Part shown: piece after piece, positions 19,378-28,106 of the stretch
Layout: each line of letters begins with the position of its first letter
How positions within the stretch are numbered: position 1 is the first letter of the stretch
Source of the DNA: an archaeon
GTDB taxonomy: Archaea > Asgardarchaeota > Thorarchaeia > Thorarchaeales > Thorarchaeaceae
Length of the DNA stretch: 32,000 bases
Direction: 5' to 3'
NCBI GenBank assembly: GCA_024275415.1
Contig: JAJRZD010000039.1
Span: 2,968 to 34,967 of the forward strand
Notes under the pieces: model-generated
What the model saw: only the letters and a program-made list of their open reading frames with translations
Told to the model about the DNA's origin: nothing
The model's database searches: none
Translations under genes and position numbers: made by a program

Positions 19378-20121
19378 ATGAATGAGAAGTCGATAAACTA
19401 CGAGCGTTTTTCTGCAACATATGATAGTGTGCGAGATGGGAACTCCGAGATGGTTTCTTGTTTGCTTGAAGGTATCATGCCGACATCATCATTCTTAGCA
19501 TTGGATATCGGATGCGGAACAGCCAATAACACGATCCTCTTTGCTGAGGCAGCAGGTGCTTCTGTGATAGGACTAGATCTCTCACATGGAATGCTGAAGA
19601 AGGCGTCCTTGAAAGTGGATAGCCTACCACTGGTTCAAGCAGACGCCGAGTCACTCCCGTTCTTAAACACATCCTTTGATTTTGTGTTCATGACAGAAGT
19701 TATCCATCATATTACGAACGTTGAAACCGCTTTGTCCGAGATACATCGAGTCCTCAATGACGAAGGCAGAGTATGCATCGTTACGCAGTCGCACAAGCAG
19801 ATAGAGAGGCGGTTGACTTCGAGGTTCTTTCCAGACACCATTACTATAGACAAGTCGCGTTATCCGAAAATCACACATCTTGAGAATTACCTTGTAGGAA
19901 CAGGTTTCTCAAAGGTCAAAAGTAGAACCTACACGTTCAGGTCTGTAAGGTTAGGAAGGAACTACCTTGAAACAATTGAGAATAGAGGCTATTCGATGCT
20001 CCACAAAATCTCTAATTCTGCATTCAAGGAGGGTCTCTCAATGCTTCGAAATGCGATGTGGGAGAACGAGTCTTTGGACAACACGGTCGGCTATACCTAC
20101 GTCTGGGCTAAGAAGTGCTAG
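19378..20121 (+). CDS. Class I SAM-dependent methyltransferase
   Basis: LDIGCGTA, GLDLSHGML, DAESLPF, FDFV. Confidence 0.92.
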   Translation: MNEKSINYERFSATYDSVRDGNSEMVSCLLEGIMPTSSFLALDIGCGTANNTILFAEAAGASVIGLDLSHGMLKKASLKVDSLPLVQADAESLPFLNTSFDFVFMTEVIHHITNVETALSEIHRVLNDEGRVCIVTQSHKQIERRLTSRFFPDTITIDKSRYPKITHLENYLVGTGFSKVKSRTYTFRSVRLGRNYLETIENRGYSMLHKISNSAFKEGLSMLRNAMWENESLDNTVGYTYVWAKKC

Positions 20122-20148
20122 TCGTTCATAGTGATTAGGAGGCTCCCT

Positions 20149-20496
20149 TCAGGTTACCTTGATAACGACCTTGTACTCGCTTTCTACCTCAAACCGGAAA
20201 AGGATTCTGATTGTCAGCGTTGTTTCGCCTGGTGCGACAGCCTTGAAGTACCAGTAGCCACGCTCTGCATCACCGCCCGTCCAACCGGGCTTCTTCATAT
20301 GCTCTGGGTGGAGGTACTCTGTCTGAGTGTCCTCATGGACGAGGACAGAGGTATCCTCAATCTCGAATTCCGTGTCCTCGCCTACAGATCCGTGTCTGTG
20401 GAATCTGCACCGGAAAACATCACCAACCGAGAATGATGCAGTTTGGTTCTTGCCCTTCCAATCAAGTTCAAGCATTCTCTCTTCAGGAGGCTTCAT
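20149..20496 (-). CDS. Chagasin/I42-like protease-inhibitor-fold protein
   Basis: PGWTGGDAERGYWYFKAVAPGETTLTI resembles the I42 G-x-GG...F-x-A-xx-G pattern. ATG 20496 has a GGTGA SD (track start 20511). Confidence 0.55.
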   Translation of the reverse strand: MKPPEERMLELDWKGKNQTASFSVGDVFRCRFHRHGSVGEDTEFEIEDTSVLVHEDTQTEYLHPEHMKKPGWTGGDAERGYWYFKAVAPGETTLTIRILFRFEVESEYKVVIKVT

Positions 20497-20500
20497 CACA

Positions 20501-21250
20501 TCACCTGCCAAGTTCTGCAGCCAGACCGCGCGGAGTTTTCGCCCAGCGGTAGACCAAAATTGCGATTATGACCCCAACTGACATGCCCAGCGCCACCATC
20601 AGAACCGTGATTAATTGTATCTCACGCGGGAGGATAGTGGGATCGCCTTCATGCCATTGAGAGATAATGATATCAATCAGATCTGAGCCCAATGTGGTAA
20701 CTCGATAGCGACTGTATGCGAGCGTCCCCGTTGATTTCTCATATCGCCATTCAAAGAGATATTCGTATATCTGACCACCTAGGCTGAAGGCAGAGTCTTC
20801 GATAAGACCCCATTCCTCATCAGTGTCAATGATTGTACGCTCGGGATCGTCACTTGAGAAGTTCAGCAACTCACCGTGGAACTCCCAGTCTCCGATCAGA
20901 ATTGCGAATGCAGTGGAATCTGCAAGCAACGTAGTATTGTCTTCAAGAACGAGTACTGCATGGGACAAGGGAATCTGGTCTGAAGTCGTGATTGTTTCGG
21001 GAATCTCGTCCATCTCTTTGATTGTGGCATTGAACTTTGTTCCCTCGTCAATAGATGTGACGAAACTCATCCAATAGGGAAGGAGAGGGGCGTAATTTGT
21101 ATCGAGAACCTTTCGTTGCAGTGCGTAAGTGAATGTGTCGCCAACATCAACACCCCACACGAACGAATGTGCATTGGACATTGTCGGAGTGATTGTAAGT
21201 ACCACAATGAAGACGAGCACGAGGAGATTCTTATCACCATTCAACTTCAT
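20501..21250 (-). CDS. Hypothetical signal-peptide plus C-terminal TM anchored protein
   Basis: N-terminal hydrophobic stretch, WGVDVGDTFTY, C-terminal TM plus basic tail. Confidence 0.75.
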   Translation of the reverse strand: MKLNGDKNLLVLVFIVVLTITPTMSNAHSFVWGVDVGDTFTYALQRKVLDTNYAPLLPYWMSFVTSIDEGTKFNATIKEMDEIPETITTSDQIPLSHAVLVLEDNTTLLADSTAFAILIGDWEFHGELLNFSSDDPERTIIDTDEEWGLIEDSAFSLGGQIYEYLFEWRYEKSTGTLAYSRYRVTTLGSDLIDIIISQWHEGDPTILPREIQLITVLMVALGMSVGVIIAILVYRWAKTPRGLAAELGR

Positions 21251-21305
21251 CTACTCACTCTCTGTGACTTGTAGTGGCACCATCATGAGTAATGAAGATA
21301 TTCAT

Positions 21306-22088
21306 TCATGTGATTGACCTCAACTTCTGGTGCAGATCTTGAATCGTGTCTATGATCAGTGTCCCCTCCGGAGCCAAATGTTGCTGCTCTGGGTCGCACC
21401 ACGTTATGAGTACAGGGAGCATCCCTGCTCTCTGCGCGGCTACTACATCATCCCCGACTTTGTTCCCGACGTAGGCACAACGGAACGGATTAGAGCCAAG
21501 ATCCTTGGCAACCGTAAGGAGCATGTAAGGAGAAGGTTTTGCATAGCCGGGCACATGAGAATACTCGACTGCCCCGAAGAGATGCCCGATGCCGTCAGCG
21601 ATAAGATATTTCCGTGGGTCACCAAACCTGTTTGAGGCGATGCCAAGCTTGTAGCCCAAGGAGTGGAGATATTCCAACCCTTCTTTGCACCCATCCACAA
21701 GGTCAGGCTTGATGCGTGACAGATACTCGTCCCACTTTGACTGGTATGCCTCAGCAAGCATATCGATATCTCCATCAATGCACAGGGTTTCAAGTAACAT
21801 CCGGTCATACTGTATCCAAAGATCCCGTGAAGGTTCCCAGTGCGAATCCACACCATGATTTAGCATGTACTTCACAAGCCAATCGTTGCGTTGCGTGTGC
21901 AATGCAGTTTCCATGTCCTCATCGGTAATCCTCTCGCATTCATGAATCCCAGCATCAATCAGATGCTTCCGTGCTATCTGGACAAGGTGCTCGTGTGACT
22001 TGTACAGGGTGCCACCAAGGTCGAATATTATCGTGTCAATCTCATTTCGTAACATCATCTTCGCAACACACAGAACACGGTTCCACAT
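21306..22088 (-). CDS. HAD-superfamily hydrolase
   Basis: Motif I IIFDLGGTL, motif II IASN, KPSP, motif IV VGNKVGDDV. Confidence 0.88.
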   Translation of the reverse strand: MWNRVLCVAKMMLRNEIDTIIFDLGGTLYKSHEHLVQIARKHLIDAGIHECERITDEDMETALHTQRNDWLVKYMLNHGVDSHWEPSRDLWIQYDRMLLETLCIDGDIDMLAEAYQSKWDEYLSRIKPDLVDGCKEGLEYLHSLGYKLGIASNRFGDPRKYLIADGIGHLFGAVEYSHVPGYAKPSPYMLLTVAKDLGSNPFRCAYVGNKVGDDVVAAQRAGMLPVLITWCDPEQQHLAPEGTLIIDTIQDLHQKLRSIT

Positions 22089-22092
22089 TAGG

Positions 22093-22279
22093 ATTTGGGA
22101 TTGCTAACATCTGCGAGAAAGCTGGACATCTCGTGGTAGGTGATTCTATACGACCGGACAGTACTATGACACAAGGTCGGACGACACGCGATACTGATCA
22201 CACGGGGGCGTTACCAGTGCCGTCCTTGGGAGGACAAGACTCTGGTGTCCTAATCTGTCCAGATTACAATGAACGGTGA
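22093..22279 (+). ncRNA. Candidate structured RNA / dispersed repeat element, copy 1
   Basis: About 83% identical to 27906-28101 (30 mismatches over 179 nt from TTGCTAAC, plus one 10-nt indel). Stems are preserved between the copies. Intergenic between divergent HAD and TPR genes. Confidence 0.55.
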
Positions 22280-22317
22280 ATGTGAATCCTTTTGAATAGT
22301 CGAGTTAGTATTCCAGT

Positions 22318-23475
22318 GTGATTGGAATGAGCACTCCTGAGCAATCACTGAAGACAGTCGAAGAACACCTGAAGAACCATCCTGATGATGCGTCTGCATG
22401 GAACATCAAGGGTGTCATATTAGCAACGCTTGGCGAGTTTGGTCCTGCATTACGTGCCTTGAATCAAGCAATCAAGCTGAATGCTCAGTTACAAGAGGCA
22501 TACGCCAACAAAGGAAGGGTCTTGCTGGCTCTTGGCCCTGACAATGCAACTGAGGCGCTGAAGGCATTCGACAAGGCACTCCATCTGAAGCCAAGCGACT
22601 ATGGCACGCTGAAGGACAAGGTATTCGCACTACGAGCATTGGGTAGGTTGACTGAAGAAAAGAAATGCTTGGAAACCCTTGTACAGGAAATGTCTGATGA
22701 TTGGAAAGCGTGGATGAGGATTGGCAACATCCAGCTTGAACAGGGTGATTTCAAGCAGGCTGACGGAAGTTTTGGGAAGGTTCTGGATATCGAGCCAAAC
22801 CATGCAGGTGCCATGGTTCATCGCGCTATAGCAATGTCCATGATGGAAAAGTGGAGCAGTGCCATCAAAATCGCAAAAAGAGCATGCGATGTAGCACCAA
22901 ACGACGTGGAAGTATGGCGTGTCCTTGGAGATATCAATATCAGGGCTGGAAAGTATCGTGCAGCACTCAAGGCTCTCAAAAGGGCCAGTAAAATCAATCC
23001 CGAGGATGCTCAAGTCGAACTATTGATGGGAATCGTCGAGTACAGGTCAGGACAACTAAGAGAAGCCATCAAGCACTTCAAACGCGCAACAATTCGGGAT
23101 CGTAAGAGTCATCGTGCCTATCGAAACATGGCACTTGTTTCCATGGAGATGGAAGACTGGCAGACTGCAATGAACGCATGGGAGCGATTCATTCGACTTG
23201 TAAACAACGATGCTGAGGCATACGACGCCCTTGCAACAGTCTGTGCTAGGATTGATGATTTCTGTGCTGCTTCTGAAGCATGGGAGAAAGCACGGAAACT
23301 ATTCAAAAAAAGGAACGACACAGACAATGCATCGAGGGTCACTGAGCTAGGTCGAGCGGCTCGTATCAATTGCTCCAGACAGAAGAAGGCAGAGAAGGCC
23401 AGACGGGAGCACGAGAAAGCTACGAGGAGCTTCTCAGACCGCCACAGGTTGCGAGGTAAGAAGAAGAAGCGGTAA
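22318..23475 (+). CDS. Tetratricopeptide repeat protein with basic C-terminal tail
   Basis: Repeated W/Y-x2-G...A-x3-(F/L)-x2-A-x4-P units. Ends RHRLRGKKKKR. ATG 22327 is a possible start. Confidence 0.9.
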   Translation: MIGMSTPEQSLKTVEEHLKNHPDDASAWNIKGVILATLGEFGPALRALNQAIKLNAQLQEAYANKGRVLLALGPDNATEALKAFDKALHLKPSDYGTLKDKVFALRALGRLTEEKKCLETLVQEMSDDWKAWMRIGNIQLEQGDFKQADGSFGKVLDIEPNHAGAMVHRAIAMSMMEKWSSAIKIAKRACDVAPNDVEVWRVLGDINIRAGKYRAALKALKRASKINPEDAQVELLMGIVEYRSGQLREAIKHFKRATIRDRKSHRAYRNMALVSMEMEDWQTAMNAWERFIRLVNNDAEAYDALATVCARIDDFCAASEAWEKARKLFKKRNDTDNASRVTELGRAARINCSRQKKAEKARREHEKATRSFSDRHRLRGKKKKR

Positions 23476-23496
23476 GCAGGAAAAGAAACAATCGGC

Positions 23497-24306
23497 TCAC
23501 TCGACAGAGTCGTTGATGAGCGACTCGATGAAGAACTCGATAGCGAACCTATCCTGGGTCATCTCGATGTACCACGGAGACTTGAAGTTCAACTCGTTCA
23601 TGATTTCCTTGACATCTAACCCGCGGACATGGAGTTCACGTACCAACTCGTGTGTTTCTTTCAAGTAGTCGATACGGACTTTGATGTGCTCGTCAGGTGC
23701 ATGGACAGCACCCTTGTGAGAGTCGAAGAGAACCTCTATGTCCAAACACCGAATCCGTTCCATGGTCGCTATCATAAGAGGGATGTTCTCCTCGGGCATT
23801 GCTATGTATTTCTTAGATGGGAGAGGGATCGCGTCTGCTGAAATGAACCATTTTCGATTCGACTCATAGAACCCGATCATGTCCTCGAAGTGACCAGGGA
23901 GTTCCACCACCTCGAAATGGAAATCTCCTACTTCGAACATGCGTGGTGTTTCTGATACGTCATCGATGGGTGAAGGTTGTCCCCATACATACTTGAAAAA
24001 CTCGCCGAGCTCTGGAGGGTTCCGTAGTAAACTCATACTGGATCCCCATGCATGAATGTCCGCGTCTTTCGCCAGCACATCAACACATCCGCAGTGATCC
24101 TCATGTGCATGTGTGATGTACACATCAGAGATTTGAGTGGTCTTCAGATAGGCGGCAAACTCATCCCGCGCATTCGCACAGCCTGCGTCGAAGAGCACAT
24201 TGCCTATTTGATAGCAGTACACCCACAATATCGGCTTCCCATCGGGACCGGGAGTAGCGGTTCGTATCCCAGTAACTTCATCTCCAAGTGGCTCCAGTTC
24301 AAACAT
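23497..24306 (-). CDS. MBL-fold metallo-hydrolase
   Basis: THAHEDHCG (HxHxDH), PGH, SAD, DSH. Confidence 0.9.
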   Translation of the reverse strand: MFELEPLGDEVTGIRTATPGPDGKPILWVYCYQIGNVLFDAGCANARDEFAAYLKTTQISDVYITHAHEDHCGCVDVLAKDADIHAWGSSMSLLRNPPELGEFFKYVWGQPSPIDDVSETPRMFEVGDFHFEVVELPGHFEDMIGFYESNRKWFISADAIPLPSKKYIAMPEENIPLMIATMERIRCLDIEVLFDSHKGAVHAPDEHIKVRIDYLKETHELVRELHVRGLDVKEIMNELNFKSPWYIEMTQDRFAIEFFIESLINDSVE

Positions 24307-24441
24307 GATAGTATGTGGTAATCCGAAGGGATAAATGGCTTCTTCGGTGAGCGCGCTGTGCTTTTCTATGCAGTCTAACCGCCGCTTCGCAATATGTAGT
24401 AAGAAGACTCAAACCTGTTCGTTTTAGTATCAGGGACAGTT

Positions 24442-25332
24442 ATGCCCGACAATGACCAACGAATCAGGTATGCTACCAAGGGGGCTGATGGTAAGTTCAA
24501 ACCACCATTCCCAGTAAGTCCAGTGGAATTGACCGAACTGACTCGTAAGATGGTATGCAGAGAGGAGAACGGAACACACCTTAGAAAGTACACTAGCTTT
24601 TACGGGGTCGGTGTATATGGGGGGATAGCAACAGCGTATTCAGTAGGATGTAATTTTCGATGTGTGTTCTGCTGGGTCGACTGGAGCCGAGACTGGCCAG
24701 AACGATATGGATCATTCTATACGCCCGGGCAAGTGTACCAACGACTCCGTGAGGTCATGAGTGGATGTGGTTATAGGCGAGCACGGATTAGTGGGGCAGA
24801 GCCCACTCTATGTCCCGAACATCTTTGTTCAGTCCTTGACCTAGTTCATCGAGAGCGGGAAGCCTTTGATCTATTTGTTATAGAAACCAATGGAGTTGTG
24901 ATCTCGCAAGAGAGAGGCTTCGCCGAACGACTGGAAAAATACGCATCCCGTGATAGAACCCGCGGAACAGTAGGACATGTCCGTCTATCGATAAGGGGCG
25001 GGCAACCGGAAGCTTTCGAAGAGAAGACCGGATGCACGCAAGATTCCATGGAACTCCCGTTCATCGCAGCTCGGAGATTGTGGGATGCTCAAGTCTCATT
25101 CCATGTTGCAGTTGTTGTGGATGAACGATTCACATCGCCCGATGAGGAGGAGAGAATCTATGAGAGATTGGCGGACATCGACCAATCGATAGCAAGTTCT
25201 GTCGAGCGTGAGATCCTAGACCCATATCCTCATGCACTGGTACGTCTTCGAGCAGTAAGAAGAGAAGATATCACAGGGAACAAGATCTCTAGAAAAGAGG
25301 AGGCAGTCCTCCGAAAGAAACCTCCTGCATGA
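24442..25332 (+). CDS. Radical SAM protein (archaeal uncharacterised Fe-S oxidoreductase type)
   Basis: CNFRCVFC (CxxxCxxC), RISGAEP, IETNG, VRLSIRG. Confidence 0.9.
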   Translation: MPDNDQRIRYATKGADGKFKPPFPVSPVELTELTRKMVCREENGTHLRKYTSFYGVGVYGGIATAYSVGCNFRCVFCWVDWSRDWPERYGSFYTPGQVYQRLREVMSGCGYRRARISGAEPTLCPEHLCSVLDLVHREREAFDLFVIETNGVVISQERGFAERLEKYASRDRTRGTVGHVRLSIRGGQPEAFEEKTGCTQDSMELPFIAARRLWDAQVSFHVAVVVDERFTSPDEEERIYERLADIDQSIASSVEREILDPYPHALVRLRAVRREDITGNKISRKEEAVLRKKPPA

Positions 25333-25334
25333 TT

Positions 25335-26459
25335 CTAAGGGGCAGCTCGATGGAGAACGGGTGGGGCGAACTTTCGGAGCCTCCGTAACCCCACAACCCG
25401 GTCTTTTCTGCCAAGCTTTGCATCCTGAAGGGCGATTTCCATGAAGCGGATGGCCTCGTCGTATGCCTTTCTCGGTACAGGGAATGGGACGCCATCCTTC
25501 CCGCCAAAAGCAAAGGTCATACGAACAGGGTCTATCCATGAGGGAGCGTCCCCATAAATCATCTCTGATATCAATGATAGTCCTCTAATGGCAGCAGGGC
25601 CAATACCCTGTATGAACAGGAGTTCCTCATAATCAGACGGTTGTGTTTCATACGCCTTTCGAACTGCGTTCCAATTCATCCGTTTTGGAATGACCTTGTA
25701 GGAAGGAATCTGCCTTTCGGGAGCATGTCCCTCCATCCACGGGATGAGGGTCGTTTCACCATATGCCTTGATATCATCAAGCATCCGACGGATTCGAATC
25801 GGTTCCTCCTTTACGATGTCCAGTGACGTTTTCCTGCAGTCATAGGACTCCTTTGCTGTCATATCAAGTGCAGCGTTCTTTATCTCCCCCGAAATCATCC
25901 CCGAATGAGGTTCATCGATATAGACTCGGAAATATCCCGAGGTCCAGTGGTACCTCCGTGCGTCACCTGCTTTGCTATCCATCCCTTGCTGCACAACTGT
26001 CCAGTTCTCTTCGGTATCGACAAAGAACATGTGCTGATAGAGAGAGTAACCATCCTGTATCGCAGCATTATCGACCTTTGCCACCTTTCGGCTGATCTCT
26101 GCTAACTCATTCCCATCAAGACCAAAGTCTGTGAGGGCATAAAGTTGATCAGGCGTCTTCTTGGATGCCAGACCTTTTCCGCCCGCAGCCACGATGCTGT
26201 GTTTCTCCCAAGTCAGGACAGAGCGCAGGACACCACAAGTGACAGTAGTACTCCCGCTGGAGTCCCAATCATATCCCAACACATTGGAGAGTGCCTGAAA
26301 GTAGACAGGATCCGCTAACCGATGAAGGAGTTCCTTTGTCCCAAACTCGTCCACTATGAACTGACAAAGCGCATCGGCCATAGGCATCATCCGTTTGACA
26401 AGCCAGTGGGGTGCTGTGCCCGGATGTAGCTTGAGGTCTGCAATCCCGCCTCTTTTCAT
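25335..26459 (-). CDS. DUF763 family protein
   Basis: ADLKLHPGTAPHWL, WDSSGSTT, GYSLYQH, VVQQGM, RRYHW, GIGP, FGGKDGVPFPV. Confidence 0.88.
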   Translation of the reverse strand: MKRGGIADLKLHPGTAPHWLVKRMMPMADALCQFIVDEFGTKELLHRLADPVYFQALSNVLGYDWDSSGSTTVTCGVLRSVLTWEKHSIVAAGGKGLASKKTPDQLYALTDFGLDGNELAEISRKVAKVDNAAIQDGYSLYQHMFFVDTEENWTVVQQGMDSKAGDARRYHWTSGYFRVYIDEPHSGMISGEIKNAALDMTAKESYDCRKTSLDIVKEEPIRIRRMLDDIKAYGETTLIPWMEGHAPERQIPSYKVIPKRMNWNAVRKAYETQPSDYEELLFIQGIGPAAIRGLSLISEMIYGDAPSWIDPVRMTFAFGGKDGVPFPVPRKAYDEAIRFMEIALQDAKLGRKDRVVGLRRLRKFAPPVLHRAAP

Positions 26460-26700
26460 CGTTCATTACCTAGTATATGCAGTATGTACCACTGATAATA
26501 AGCATGACAGCATTCCGAAACTATTTTTAGCAGTCCGACACCCAATGAATTGGTAATAGCATTTCTCAATTCGCCGAAATGTCTTTCTTCGATTAACTGA
26601 TACAGCTGGCAATCTTTTTATCCTAAAGAAGGCAACAGATACGTAATGTTTTACCGGAAGATTGTCCGGTGGAATTCTGTTATCATCAGAAGTGATACGT

Positions 26701-27237
26701 ATGACTGAGATTGCTGAATGGAATGAAGCCGTGGATTACAACGAGTTCCTCGAGCAAGCAAGAGAGAACGTAGAACTCATGAGGGCGAGGGTCGATGACC
26801 TGTCCTTGACTGAAGAAGAAGAGAACATGATCAGAAGTATCCAGAACGAGATCAAGATCCTTGTAATTGGAACAGACCGTTGCAATGACAGTGCAGGAGT
26901 CTTTCCAGTCCTAGCTCGCATAGCATCGATCGCTCCAAAAGTAGAGCTTCGAGTCCTTGATAGTGACAAATATGCAAGATTCCATCAGCAGTTCCGGGTT
27001 AATGGCAAGCGAAAGACACCAGTAGTTCTCTTTCTCAGTTCAGAGCTGAACGAACTCTGCAGATGGGTTGAACGGCCAAACGCCGTCTATCAAGTGGTCA
27101 ATGAGAAGAACCTCTCGATGGACGACCGACGCGGTACATTGCGGAAGCTGTACAGTGACCCAGAAATATTACGCCAACTGTTTGGTGAGCTCAAATATCT
27201 TCTCATCAGAGCAGACTTGTTATTAGGACGCAGTTGA
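26701..27237 (+). CDS. Thioredoxin-like protein (Thioredoxin_9-type)
   Basis: LVIGTDRCNDS at the active-site position and cis-Pro region KRKTPVVLF. ATG 26701 chosen. Confidence 0.75.
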   Translation: MTEIAEWNEAVDYNEFLEQARENVELMRARVDDLSLTEEEENMIRSIQNEIKILVIGTDRCNDSAGVFPVLARIASIAPKVELRVLDSDKYARFHQQFRVNGKRKTPVVLFLSSELNELCRWVERPNAVYQVVNEKNLSMDDRRGTLRKLYSDPEILRQLFGELKYLLIRADLLLGRS

Positions 27238-27238
27238 A

Positions 27239-27895
27239 ATGGGCGAGGATCTTTCCAAGGATAACTGGGAGAATCCTGACAAGGTAAAGGACTTCGCCAG
27301 AAACTATGCTGCCAGATATGAGGGTGTGTTCTGGGAACGGCTTGAAAGCATTGTCCCAGATATGCGCAGTCCTGTAATCGCGGATTTCGGATGTGGCCCG
27401 GGGTTATGGCTGGTCGATGCAGCTGCCAGGTTTCAGGCTACGAAGATATACGGGCTGGACGCGAGTCGGACGATGCTTGAATATGCAGGCACCATCCTCA
27501 AGGATAAAGCATCACATATCGAACACGAGCTTCACCACGTTAATTTTGATACTGACCCCATACCCCTTGAGGAAAGTATTCTCGACCTTGCCTTCGGTGG
27601 TTATATGCTTCACGAGATGGCAGACGCGCTAGCATTTCTCAGGAGTATTTTGCTGCACATAAAAAAGGGAGGTATCTGTGTCGTCTTCGATTTTGTTTCA
27701 GGGGGCGTAGAACAGTTCGTTCAACAGATGGTTGCCAGAGGGTGGGATGAAGAGCAGGCCATAAACAGATATCCACATATGTGTAAATACTCTGCTGCAG
27801 ACATAGAGAGGATGATGAAGGATTCAGGATTTCGGATAGTAGGAGCCAGTGTCATAGAGAAAGTACGTGCTATCACAGTGGGAGTAAGAGAATGA
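27239..27895 (+). CDS. Class I SAM-dependent methyltransferase
   Basis: ADFGCGPG, GLDAS, DLAF...MLHE. Confidence 0.9.
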   Translation: MGEDLSKDNWENPDKVKDFARNYAARYEGVFWERLESIVPDMRSPVIADFGCGPGLWLVDAAARFQATKIYGLDASRTMLEYAGTILKDKASHIEHELHHVNFDTDPIPLEESILDLAFGGYMLHEMADALAFLRSILLHIKKGGICVVFDFVSGGVEQFVQQMVARGWDEEQAINRYPHMCKYSAADIERMMKDSGFRIVGASVIEKVRAITVGVRE

Positions 27896-27905
27896 AGACT
27901 GATGC

Positions 27906-28101
27906 ATTCGGGTTGCTAACATTTGCGAGAGAGCTGGACAAAGATAGATATCTCGTGGTAAGTGATTCTTTGCGGCTGGACAGTGCTAGGACACAAGGTC
28001 GAACGACACGCGATGTTGAACACACAGAGTCGTTCTCAGTACCTTCTCTAGGAGGGCAAGACTCTGGTGTCCAGACTTGTCCGGGTTACAATGAACGGTG
28101 A
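27906..28101 (+). ncRNA. Candidate structured RNA / dispersed repeat element, copy 2
   Basis: Second copy. Fills almost the whole gap between the methyltransferase stop and priL, and its last bases GGTGA form the priL SD. Confidence 0.55.
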
Positions 28102-28106
28102 GGAAG

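Noticed and set aside
21306-22088. HAD motif I DLGGT lacking the second Asp, read as an inactive enzyme
   Set aside because: The nucleophilic Asp and motifs II-IV are present, and variation at this position is common in HAD subfamilies.
22198-22200. In a minus-strand frame of the element, copy 1 has TGA where copy 2 has TGT (Cys), which resembles a selenocysteine signature
   Set aside because: That frame has an in-frame TAA just upstream in both copies and no start codon, so there is no credible selenoprotein ORF.
21971-22279. 102-aa + strand ORF spanning element copy 1
   Set aside because: Its start lies antisense inside the HAD gene, and its 5' part is out of frame with the copy 2 ORF.
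22080-22290. Terminal inverted repeats or target-site duplications marking the element as a classical MITE/IS
   Set aside because: Short matches (CACATT/AATGTG around copy 1, GAAGA on both sides of copy 2) are not shared between the copies, and there is no transposase in the window.
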